Part shown: positions 1 to 7,939 of the stretch, in pieces | Layout: every line of letters starts with the position of its first letter | How positions within the stretch are numbered: position 1 is the stretch's first letter | NCBI GenBank assembly: GCA_041674765.1 | Contig: JBAYVE010000005.1 | Coordinates: 1,645 to 65,644, forward strand | Direction: 5' to 3' | From: Patescibacteria group bacterium | Lineage (GTDB): Bacteria > Patescibacteriota > UBA1384 > XYA2-FULL-43-10 > 1-14-0-10-43-13 | DNA: 64,000 bases | Made by a program: the position numbers and the translations under genes | The notes under the pieces: model-generated | What the model was told of the DNA's origin: nothing | What the model saw: the letters and a program-made list of their open reading frames with translations, nothing else | Databases searched by the model: none

Positions 1-370
1 CTTGGAGATAGGATAGACAGTCGACTCACCCAATTCCAAAGCAGAGAGATAAACCTTGATCTCTTTGTTATTCAGTCCAATTTGTTCAAATATTTTGTAA
101 TTCATTATTTTACTTCTCTTCCGCTCCTTTTCAAGGAGGGGTTAGGGGTGGTTTATTAATCCAATTCCTTATTTTGTAACTCAACTTCCTGGATTCCAGA
201 CCCATTCGGCTTCGCTCAGGGCAGGTTCTCAAAATACAGCCTGGAATGACAAACTATTTTTAGTCATTATTTTACGACAGTAATATCATTATATGTACTA
301 GCATTAATTTTGTCAACGGTAAACAATCGCAAATAGAAATTAAAATAAATAATAAAATCGTCACTAACTA

Positions 371-419
371 TTGACAAAATGCTTAAACTATGATACAATG
401 GCTTGTCACGATGAGAGAG
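371..419 (+). promoter_or_regulatory. Consensus sigma70-like promoter (TTGACA 371-376, 17-bp spacer, TACAAT 394-399) followed by conserved leader motif GGCYTGTCACGATGAGARAG (400-419)
   Basis: Perfect -35/-10 hexamers with 17-bp spacing, read directly. The same promoter plus the same 20-nt downstream motif recurs at 38473-38521. Confidence 0.55.
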
Positions 420-483
420 TTAAAGCTCGATCAAAGTGAAGTTGAGGCGCAGCCGGTCACCGGCGGCCTGGAGAGGAAACAAG

Positions 484-717
484 ATGAAATACCTTAAGCT
501 CAGAATATGGTGTTTACTAATAATTAGATTTTGTTCGTGGACAACCTTAGTGGTCGCAATGGTTATGTTCATTGGATTTCCGATTATGTTTCTGCCAGGC
601 TATTACAAGTGGCTAATGGTAATAACCGTTGTAGTATCGCCGTACGTGTACTTTCATCTCTTCGTTTTCGTGGATGACTGTCTGTTGCCGAAAATTGAAA
701 AATTATTGCTCGGCTAG
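484..717 (+). CDS. Small hydrophobic (2-TM) membrane protein; start moved to internal ATG (MKYLKL...) after RBS GGAGAGG
   Basis: ORF track 436..717. An internal Met is preceded by GGAGAGG and the product is hydrophobic. No recognisable family. Confidence 0.35.
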   Translation: MKYLKLRIWCLLIIRFCSWTTLVVAMVMFIGFPIMFLPGYYKWLMVITVVVSPYVYFHLFVFVDDCLLPKIEKLLLG

Positions 718-903
718 AAGGGGGAAGATATGAGGTTAATACGAGCTGGTCCCTTGCCATGAATTTGGTGGGGGACTTTTTTGTGTCTCAATTAGTTTAC
801 ATTGGAGTTTACATTAAAAATGAAGTTGTTTACATAAAATTCCATTGTTTTAAATACTGTCATACTATTGACATAATTTATTACAATTTGATAAATTAGA
901 ATA

Positions 904-1677
904 ATGATTATTACAAAAGAAAAAATTGGCAAGCGGATTCGGTCTATTCGGGAGCAGGTTGGGAGATCTCAGCAGGACGTGTCTGATATTTTGGAAATCC
1001 CGCGCGTCTCAGTTTCGCAGCTTGAGGCAGGGAAACGGGAACTGACCAGTATTGAGCTGGCCAAGTTGGCTGAGTATTTTGGTGTCCAGACGGATTATAT
1101 TCTATCTGGCCAAGATGTCGAGCAGGAAGTCGAGAAACCCAAGGAAGTAGAAGAAACTGAACGGATTGCTGTTCCGAAATTGAAAAAAGAAAAATTCCGG
1201 GAAGTATTACTCTATATCTTGGAAAAAACTGCAGGCAAACTTAATGTTGGGCAAACCGTTCTTTATAAACTTCTTTACTTTTCTGACTTTAATTACTACG
1301 AAAAATTTGAGGAGCAGCTTACCGGAGCCAAGTATATGAAGAATCACTTCGGGCCGACACCGGTAGCATTTAAGGGAGTGCTTGGTGAGATGATCGAGAG
1401 TGGTGAAGTGGCGGTTGATTGTAACAAATTTCACGGCAAAGATCAGACCAGATATATTGCGCTTCGGCGGTCAAATCTGCGAGCGATCAATGGCGCAGAG
1501 AAAGAGGTGATTGACGACGTTTTGCAGAAGTTATCAGATATGAACGCCAGTCAAATCAGCGCGTATTCTCACGATGACACGCCGTGGCAGATTGCCAGAG
1601 ACGGAGAACCGATTGATTATGAAGCTGTTTTTTACCGTTCGCCGCAGTACTCTGTTAAAGATTACGAAGAGCTCTAA
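904..1677 (+). CDS. HTH (XRE-type) + C-terminal Panacea/DUF4065-like domain protein (PanA/SocA-like antitoxin-type)
   Basis: The N-terminus reads IGKRIRSIREQVGRSQQDVSDIL...LEAGKRELTSIELAKLAEYFGV, an XRE HTH. The C-terminus reads YILEKTAG.LNVGQTVLYKLLYFSDFNYYEKFEEQLTGAKYMKNHFGP, matching the Panacea/DUF4065 signature (KLLYF.D, GP). Upstream there are 3 direct GTTTACAT repeats and a TTGACA box; the transcript may be leaderless. Confidence 0.65.
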   Translation: MIITKEKIGKRIRSIREQVGRSQQDVSDILEIPRVSVSQLEAGKRELTSIELAKLAEYFGVQTDYILSGQDVEQEVEKPKEVEETERIAVPKLKKEKFREVLLYILEKTAGKLNVGQTVLYKLLYFSDFNYYEKFEEQLTGAKYMKNHFGPTPVAFKGVLGEMIESGEVAVDCNKFHGKDQTRYIALRRSNLRAINGAEKEVIDDVLQKLSDMNASQISAYSHDDTPWQIARDGEPIDYEAVFYRSPQYSVKDYEEL

Positions 1678-1694
1678 TCTTTATCGGAGGGAAT

Positions 1695-2024
1695 ATGAAA
1701 TTCACTGAACTCGAAGAGTTTTCGAAGGATTACAAGAAACTTTGCCGTAAATATCCGTCATTACCAACTGATTTGAATTTGAGACAAGAAGTTCTTGCAA
1801 TGTTTCCAACTGGCCGCGGAAATGATGCTGTGCAAATTCCCGGCCTAAAAATTAAAAGTAAGATATTTAAGACAAGGCTTATGTGTCGTTCGGTCAAGGG
1901 AAAATCTTTTCGGCTAATTTATCACTATGACGACGTCAGACAAGAAATAATTCTAATCGAGCTTTATTTTAAAGGTGATAAAGAATTGGAAGATAGAGAT
2001 AGATTATTTAACAATTTCTCCTAA
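1695..2024 (+). CDS. RelE/HigB(Gp49)-like toxin-family protein
   Basis: The C-terminal half reads KIFKTRLMCRSVKGKSFRLIYHYDDVRQEIILIELYFKGDKE, which fits the RelE/ParE-HigB fold signature (GKS.G.RLIY...D...I.L...Y.K.DKE). It lies 17 nt downstream of the Panacea protein. Confidence 0.55.
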   Translation: MKFTELEEFSKDYKKLCRKYPSLPTDLNLRQEVLAMFPTGRGNDAVQIPGLKIKSKIFKTRLMCRSVKGKSFRLIYHYDDVRQEIILIELYFKGDKELEDRDRLFNNFS

Positions 2025-2389
2025 TGTTTGATAAAAAGAAAAACAAGCTGACGGGTAACAAGGGAGAGGAAATTGCGGCCAAATACCTCGAGCAGAAGGG
2101 CTATAAAATCATTGATAGAAATGTGAATTTTGAATTCGGGGAGATTGATATCCTGGCTCAGTTAAGTAAGACAATCGTGATTGTAGAAGTGAAAACTGTG
2201 CGGGGCAGCGGTTTCGGCCTGGCCCAGGATTTGGTTCGATTTGCCAAGCAGAACAAACTCCGGCTGTTGGCTCGAGCGGTTGAGCAGCAATATCCGAAGA
2301 GCCCCATTCGAATCGATGTTATTGGCGTTGATATGTCGTTGGGTCAGCCGGAGATTGAGCATATAGAATCAGCAGTTGAGGGACGATAA
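2024..2389 (+). CDS. yraN: YraN-family (UPF0102) endonuclease-like protein
   Basis: GEEIAAKYLEQKGYKIIDRNVNF..GEIDILAQ....IVIVEVKT is typical of YraN. Its start overlaps the upstream stop (TAATG). Confidence 0.65.
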   Translation: MFDKKKNKLTGNKGEEIAAKYLEQKGYKIIDRNVNFEFGEIDILAQLSKTIVIVEVKTVRGSGFGLAQDLVRFAKQNKLRLLARAVEQQYPKSPIRIDVIGVDMSLGQPEIEHIESAVEGR

Positions 2390-2476
2390 CTTCTAATTAT
2401 TAATTTCTAATTTCTAATCAAATCCCAATGTCTAAATGTTTAAAAATTAGATTCTTTAAAAATGAATAAAAAATAG
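2390..2476. repeat. ~87-bp 3'-flank element (TTCTAATTATTAATTTCTAATTTCTAATCAAATCCCAATGTCTAAATG...), near-identical copy at 59121-59215; followed by 2470-2572 composite palindromic elements (GTCATCC..GGATCC; TTTGTCATCTCGAG..CGAGAGATC)
   Basis: Both copies start directly after a TAA stop codon, of yraN and of iscS, and are about 85% identical over roughly 90 nt by eye. Confidence 0.7.
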
Positions 2477-2813
2477 TGTCATCCTCGGCGCAGGCGAAGC
2501 CATGACCCGGGGATCCAGTTCCTTATTTTTTGTCATCTCGAGTGGTGTTATTGGAGTCGAGAGATCTTATAGCTGACTGAACATCATTGTGTCGCAAAGG
2601 ATTTCACCCCCACTTCGCTTGCCAGCTACCACCCTTCGCTAAAGCTACGGAATGGCACGGCGAGGGGCACGGCGGCCGCAAGAACACGGAGTCGAAATGA
2701 CAATTAAATGAATTGGATTCCAGTCCGCCAGCTGGCGGATCGAGCTTACAGTCTGGAATGACATAACACACCTTACCGTTTATTTTTTTAATTGATTTTG
2801 CTATGGTAAGAGC

Positions 2814-4223
2814 ATGAACAAGAACATCATCACACGTTTTGCGCCGAGTCCTACCGGCGAGTTGCATATCGGCAACGCCAGAAGTGCACTTTTCGAATAT
2901 CTTTTCGCCAAGCATGACAAAGGGACCTTTTTGTTGCGTGTCGAGGACACTGATCGAGAGAGATTTGTTGAGGGCGCAACTGATCGTATTATCGAATCTT
3001 TGAAATGGCTTGGCTTTGCGCCTGATAATCTGGCCAAATTTCCGATTCAGTCTGAGAGACTAGATTTATATAAGAAACACGCCTTTGAATTGGTGAAGAA
3101 GGGCCATGCATACCTCTGTACCTGCTCGAAAGAGAAGCTGGATGAGGAGAGATCGAAGCTCGAAAAAGCGGGTAAAGCGCCGAGATATACAGGGACATGC
3201 AGAGATGCAGGAATCAAGATCGAGGACGTTGAAGAGGGAAAATACGTCATCCGTATGAAGATGCCAAAGAGCGGTAAAATTGTCGTCAACGACCTAATTC
3301 GAGGTCAAGTTGAGTTTGATTTATCTCTCGTTGACGATCAGGTCTTATTGAAATCAGATGGCTACCCAACTTATCATTTGGCCGCAATAGTTGATGATCA
3401 CGATATGGACATTACTCATGTGATTCGTGGTGAGGAATGGCTTTCATCGACCCCCAAGCATCTGACTCTGTACAAAATGTTTGGTTGGGAAGCTCCAGAA
3501 TTTGCCCACTTGCCGATGATTTTGGCACCAGACCGCACAAAATTATCGAAGCGACATGGTGCAACCAGCGTCGTAGAGTACAAAAACTTGGGCTATCTTC
3601 CTGAATCGCTCATAAATTTTATGGCATTTCTCGGTTGGAATCCCAAGGACGACAGGGAATATTTTACCTTGAAAGAGCTTGAAGACGAGTTTAAAATCGA
3701 GAATGTTAATAAGGCGCCGGCAATTTTCAATATTGATAAGCTAAATAATATTAATGAGCACTACATTGTCGAGCTAGCAAAAAGCGAAAAGCAAAAAGCG
3801 AAAAGCCTGTTAGAGGAATTTGGCGTTGGAAATGCAACAGACGGGGAAGTTCAATTGATCGGACGAGGTGGCTATAAGACTTTGAAGGAAGCGGCTGATT
3901 ACATTTTGGAACTGCGAAAAGAGCCGGAATATAAGGCTGAAATATTAATTTTTAAACGATCAGATAAGAAAAATACTATGCTGGCGCTTGAAACTGTCAG
4001 TGAAAAGTTGAAGGCTGAAAGCGAATGGACCTCTGATAATGTTCAGAAAGCTCTCGAATATACCGTGATTGAAAATGGCCTCTCAAATGGGGATGTTTTC
4101 TGGCCTATCCGTGTCGCTCTTTCCGGAGAGGAAAAGTCTCCTTCGCCGGTAGAATTGGCGGCAGCACTCGGCAAAGAAGAAAGCCTCAAGCGAATTCAAA
4201 AAGCTATTAGAAAATTAAGCTAA
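2814..4223 (+). CDS. gltX: Glutamyl-tRNA synthetase
   Basis: Class I HIGH motif (PTGELHIGNARSAL) and KMSKS-like motif (KLSKRHG). There is an in-frame AAAGC-7-mer insertion (ELAKSEKQKAKSLLEEF, ~3778-3810). Confidence 0.9.
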   Translation: MNKNIITRFAPSPTGELHIGNARSALFEYLFAKHDKGTFLLRVEDTDRERFVEGATDRIIESLKWLGFAPDNLAKFPIQSERLDLYKKHAFELVKKGHAYLCTCSKEKLDEERSKLEKAGKAPRYTGTCRDAGIKIEDVEEGKYVIRMKMPKSGKIVVNDLIRGQVEFDLSLVDDQVLLKSDGYPTYHLAAIVDDHDMDITHVIRGEEWLSSTPKHLTLYKMFGWEAPEFAHLPMILAPDRTKLSKRHGATSVVEYKNLGYLPESLINFMAFLGWNPKDDREYFTLKELEDEFKIENVNKAPAIFNIDKLNNINEHYIVELAKSEKQKAKSLLEEFGVGNATDGEVQLIGRGGYKTLKEAADYILELRKEPEYKAEILIFKRSDKKNTMLALETVSEKLKAESEWTSDNVQKALEYTVIENGLSNGDVFWPIRVALSGEEKSPSPVELAAALGKEESLKRIQKAIRKLS

Positions 4224-4316
4224 GGCCAAAGACTAAAATCAACTAAAAAACTAAAGGCGAATTTTGTTATTTCGTTTCTTTTCGCATTTAGCATTAATTT
4301 TTGTTAAAATAAAACC

Positions 4317-5447
4317 ATGCCAAAGATAAAGATCGTTCACATCATTGCTGACTCAAAAATTGGCGGGGGACCGAATCATGTCTTAGGGCTTTTGGCGAAT
4401 CTTGATAAGGCCAAATTCGACTGTTATCTTATCTGCCCTTCGGGGTATCTTTCTAAAGAAGCGAAGAAAATAGTTGGTTTGACTATTTTAAATATTTCAA
4501 TGTCCTCGAAGTTTGATTTTCTCTCTATCTTGGCATTGAAGAGAATAATTTCCAAAATAAAGATAGAGGGAAATCCCTTTGGTCCGTTGGTTATCCATTC
4601 TCATGGTCCTAGGGCTGGTTTGTTTGCGAGTATGATAGCTTCAAAAAATAATATTCATAAGATCTATACTGAACATCGTTATGGAGAGGGATTTAGATTA
4701 ACAAACTTTCTCAATGATTTTGTGCAACGTCAGATGATTAGAAAAATTTGCCGCAAACAAGATCTGGTTATTGCCGTCTCTACTGATGTCAGGAATTTCA
4801 TTATCAAAAACAAGTGGGCCTCTACTGCCAAGATCTCTGTAATATCAAACGCCATTGCCGCTAGTTGCCAAAAGAAAAAAATAAATACGTCTACCCGCGC
4901 ACCTATTATCGGCAATATTGGTAGCCTAAACAAACAAAAAGGGCAAATTCATCTGATCCGTGCTTTTGCCGGCGTCAATACAAAATACCCTCTGGCCACC
5001 TTAGAGATAATAGGAGACGGACCGGAATTGGAAGTATTGAAGGAGGAAGTTCGGAGGCTGAGTCTGAAAAAACATGTCACTTTTCTTGGAGAGAAGAAGG
5101 ATATTACAAGATATATGAGACACTGGAGCGTATTTGCTTTGCCTTCGATTGCAGAGACCTTCGGCATTGTTCTCTTAGAGGCAATGAATGCCGGTGTCCC
5201 AATAGTTGCGAGCAAGATCGGTGGTGTGGTAGATATAATAGAGGATGGAAAAGAGGGATTGCTGGCTGAACCGGCTAGCGAGAAGGACTTGGCCTTAAAG
5301 TTATTAGAAATTCTTGATCATCCAGCGCTGGCAGCTAAGTTAAAGCGGAATGCGTATGAAAGGGTCAAGGAATTTGATTGGACAAAAGTTATAAAAAAGA
5401 TTGAAGCAGCTTATTTGGGAGTAGCTCGAGAAAATGAAGAGGATTAG
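4317..5447 (+). CDS. Glycosyltransferase family 4 (GT-B fold)
   Basis: C-terminal GT4 signature ...FALPSIAETFGIVLLEAMNAGVPIVASKIGGVVDIIEDGKEGLL. Confidence 0.75.
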   Translation: MPKIKIVHIIADSKIGGGPNHVLGLLANLDKAKFDCYLICPSGYLSKEAKKIVGLTILNISMSSKFDFLSILALKRIISKIKIEGNPFGPLVIHSHGPRAGLFASMIASKNNIHKIYTEHRYGEGFRLTNFLNDFVQRQMIRKICRKQDLVIAVSTDVRNFIIKNKWASTAKISVISNAIAASCQKKKINTSTRAPIIGNIGSLNKQKGQIHLIRAFAGVNTKYPLATLEIIGDGPELEVLKEEVRRLSLKKHVTFLGEKKDITRYMRHWSVFALPSIAETFGIVLLEAMNAGVPIVASKIGGVVDIIEDGKEGLLAEPASEKDLALKLLEILDHPALAAKLKRNAYERVKEFDWTKVIKKIEAAYLGVARENEED

Positions 5448-5745
5448 AGTACTCGTTGACTCTTCTGGTGCCGAGGTTTACCGGGTCGAAGGTCAAAACA
5501 ACATAAAAATTCTAGAAAAAGAGATAGATTTTGCCGGCAATTATACAAAAAGCCGCGGGCTTAATTTTAACGATGAAGAGGCACTTGTGCGTTTTTTAGA
5601 GCGATTGGTGGCAAATTATTTTGATTATTCGGTCGAAGCCTATGCTGGCGGAATTTTTTCAGAATTAGGCGATCACGAGATAGGTGACCTTTTGAAAGAG
5701 GTCAAGAAAAGAGCTAGGATAGAGCTTGTTGTCGTCAAGAATTGA
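5434..5745 (+). CDS. Hypothetical protein
   Basis: ORF overlapping the GT4 stop by 14 nt. No recognisable motifs. Confidence 0.35.
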   Translation: MKRIRVLVDSSGAEVYRVEGQNNIKILEKEIDFAGNYTKSRGLNFNDEEALVRFLERLVANYFDYSVEAYAGGIFSELGDHEIGDLLKEVKKRARIELVVVKN

Positions 5746-5790
5746 GATATGTACTTGAGAATTTACTTCAAAAATGCTAACATCTTTTAG

Positions 5791-5812
5791 TTATTCCGAG
5801 ATCGTCTAGTGG
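5791..5812 (+). repeat. 22-bp direct repeat TTATTCCGAGATCGTCTAGTGG (copy 1), identical to 6104-6125, which is the 5' acceptor/D-arm of tRNA-Gln
   Basis: Exact 22/22 match read in the sequence. The two copies bracket the GIY-YIG ORF. Confidence 0.85.
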
Positions 5813-5864
5813 TCCGACTTGCCTTCGGCAGTCGAGATCTCGCCCTTTGGGCGGACATGACACC

Positions 5865-6122
5865 ATGTATTATATTTATGTTTTATACAGTATTCATTAT
5901 CCTAAGAGATATGTTGGATGTACGGGAGATATCCAGAGAAGACTTACCGAACATAATTCTGGCAAAATGTCGTTTACAAAAAGATACATGCCTTGGAAGT
6001 TGATTCACAGCGAAGGATTTGAAACTTTAGCGGAAGCGAGATGCAGGGAGAAATATTTGAAAACTGGTGCCGGCCGACGCTTCCTAAAAACAATTTCTAA
6101 TAATTATTCCGAGATCGTCTAG
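5865..6122 (+). CDS. Small standalone GIY-YIG nuclease-domain protein
   Basis: MYYIYVLYS...YVGCTGDIQRRLTEHN...KLIHSEGFETLAEARCREKYLK, a GIY-YIG / YhbQ-like signature. The last 15 nt of the ORF are the first 15 nt of tRNA-Gln. The longer ORF-track version starts at 5847. Confidence 0.7.
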   Translation: MYYIYVLYSIHYPKRYVGCTGDIQRRLTEHNSGKMSFTKRYMPWKLIHSEGFETLAEARCREKYLKTGAGRRFLKTISNNYSEIV

Positions 6123-6181
6123 TGGCAGGACAGCAGATTCTGGATCTGCTTACCTAGGTTCGAATCCTAGTCTCGGAACCA
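6108..6181 (+). tRNA. tRNA-Gln (anticodon CUG)
   Basis: Manually folded cloverleaf. Acceptor TCCGAGA/TCTCGGA is a perfect 7 bp with U1:A72, typical of bacterial tRNA-Gln. D-stem GTCT/GGAC. Anticodon stem GCAGA/TCTGC with loop TTCTGGA. T-arm CTAGG-TTCGAAT-CCTAG. Discriminator A then CCA. Confidence 0.85.
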
Positions 6182-6297
6182 CGAGAAACAGATCAGTGCA
6201 AGCTGGTCTTTTTCTTTAGGCAAAATTGATTCTCTGCTATTATGAGTTCTGACTTTTGCGTTTTTAGTTTTAAGTTTGGCGACCGAAGGGAGCCACT

Positions 6298-7722
6298 GTG
6301 TGTTTAACTATCCCAGGGAAAATTTTATCGATAAAGGACGGCATTGCGACTGTCAAATCATCAACTGAGACGGCTCAGATCGACCTCTCTTTTGTTTTGG
6401 ACGCCAAGCCGGGGGATTGGATACTCTTTGCCACAAACAGGGCTGTGAAGGTTATTTCTGAGTCTGATGCCAAGGAGATTATATCGCTGCTTGAGGATCA
6501 TTATTCTAAAGTAGATGTCTCAAAGCTACCCCTTAAATTTAAGAAAATAATCTTCAAGGTCAGAAGCCAACACTCCAATAATTCCTCGAATAAAATGAGA
6601 AGTTCTCGACAAGCTCGAACAATAATAGATGACTCGGTCTTGACGAAGGATGAGATTATTTATCTTTTGAATTTAAAAGGGAAAGAAAACCTGGAAACTC
6701 TTTTTGCGGAGGCCAACTCTATACGGAAAGAGAGGATAGAGGACTTTGTTTGCATCCACGGAATTATCGAGTTTTCAAATTTTTGCAAAAATGATTGTTT
6801 ATATTGTGGGCTTCGGAAAAGCAAAAAAACGAGTAGATATAGAATGACCTGTCGGGAAATAGAAAATGTTGCAAAAAAATCTGTTGAAGATGACAGCTAT
6901 AAATTATTGGTCTTACAAAGCGGCGAGGACGATCATTATTTGGATGATGATTTGATAAAAATTATCTTAAATATTCGAGCGAAGATGAAAGTCTTTATTT
7001 TCCTATCTGTCGGGGAAAGGAGCAAGTCTTTTTACGACAGGGCGAAAAAGGCTGGGGCGAGCGGGGCATTAATTCGTTTTGAGAGTTCAGATAACGATTT
7101 TTATGCCAAGATAAGGCCGGGCCATAAGTTGCAGGATAGATTGGATATTATTAATCATTTAAGGGACACCGGCTATTATGTCGCGACGGGTAGTCTCTTC
7201 GGCTTGCCTGGCCAAACCTTGGAGCAAATCGCTGACGATTTGCTGACGATTAAGAAGCTGGGCATCCCGATGATCTCGTCAGGACCATGGCTTGCTGCAA
7301 GTGGAACGCCACTTGCAGGCAAGAATTTCCAATTTCCAATTTCCAACTTCCAATCAAATCCCAAATATCAAATATCAAAAAAAATTTCAAACTTCACATG
7401 GCAAAATACAATATACAATATTCAAAATACTACTGAGAGGCTTGAGCTTGCCTTGAAATACATTGCCGTTGCCAGGTTTATGATGCCGGAGATTAAGATT
7501 CCGGTGACGACAGCGTTGGAAACATTGGATCCAGACGGACGGCACAAGGCACTGCTAGCTGGGGCGAATGCGCTAATGTTCAATTTGACTCCTGAAAAAT
7601 ATTGCGAGAAATATTCGATCTACGACAACAAGTATCGTGAACGTGAGAAAGTTTGGCAAAAGTATGGCCTTTTCAGCGGTGAAGAAAGCTGGGAGATGCT
7701 GGAGGAAAGATTGATGTTGTAA
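6298..7722 (+). CDS. Fusion protein: N-terminal HypC/HybG/HupF-like domain + HydE/BioB/PylB-like radical SAM domain
   Basis: The N-terminus MCLTIPGKILSIKDGIATV....IDLSFV....GDWILFATNRA aligns with HypC (MCIGVPGQI..IDG..A.V.....DL.LV....GQWVLVHVGFA). The radical SAM domain has IEFSNFCKNDCLYCGLRK (CX3CX2C) and a ...LQSGED block as in HydE/BioB. GTG start with RBS AAGGGAG. An in-frame TTTCCAA-repeat insertion lies at ~7321-7425. Confidence 0.7.
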   Translation: MCLTIPGKILSIKDGIATVKSSTETAQIDLSFVLDAKPGDWILFATNRAVKVISESDAKEIISLLEDHYSKVDVSKLPLKFKKIIFKVRSQHSNNSSNKMRSSRQARTIIDDSVLTKDEIIYLLNLKGKENLETLFAEANSIRKERIEDFVCIHGIIEFSNFCKNDCLYCGLRKSKKTSRYRMTCREIENVAKKSVEDDSYKLLVLQSGEDDHYLDDDLIKIILNIRAKMKVFIFLSVGERSKSFYDRAKKAGASGALIRFESSDNDFYAKIRPGHKLQDRLDIINHLRDTGYYVATGSLFGLPGQTLEQIADDLLTIKKLGIPMISSGPWLAASGTPLAGKNFQFPISNFQSNPKYQISKKISNFTWQNTIYNIQNTTERLELALKYIAVARFMMPEIKIPVTTALETLDPDGRHKALLAGANALMFNLTPEKYCEKYSIYDNKYREREKVWQKYGLFSGEESWEMLEERLML

Positions 7723-7761
7723 GCTCCACAAAAAAATAATCAACTAAAGTTGATTATTTTT

Positions 7762-7836
7762 TGGTAGCGTCATGGGGAATCGAACCCCAATTACCGCCGT
7801 GAGAGGGCGGCGTACTAACCGTTATACGATGACGCC
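7762..7836 (-). tRNA. tRNA-Glu (anticodon CUC)
   Basis: The reverse complement folds as acceptor GGCGTCA/TGACGCT, anticodon stem CCGCC/GGCGG with loop CTCTCAC, T-arm TGGGG-TTCGATT-CCCCA, then ACCA. The ORF-track 7772.. N-terminus is an artefact of reading through this tRNA. Confidence 0.8.
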
Positions 7837-7939
7837 AAATCAAGAAGATTTTAGCATAAAATTCTGCTTTGGGCAACCTTATTTAGGCGATAATATTTAT
7901 CATTTTGCAAAATCGGCGCTTAAGTTCTATAATTTAATT

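Noticed and set aside
5795-5870. Second complete tRNA starting at 5795 (same first 18 nt as tRNA-Gln)
   Set aside because: Beyond the shared 18-22 nt I could not fold a D-stem, anticodon arm or T-arm, and there is no matching 3' acceptor strand (TCTCGGA) downstream. It is interpreted as a partial duplication, although tRNAscan-SE should be run.
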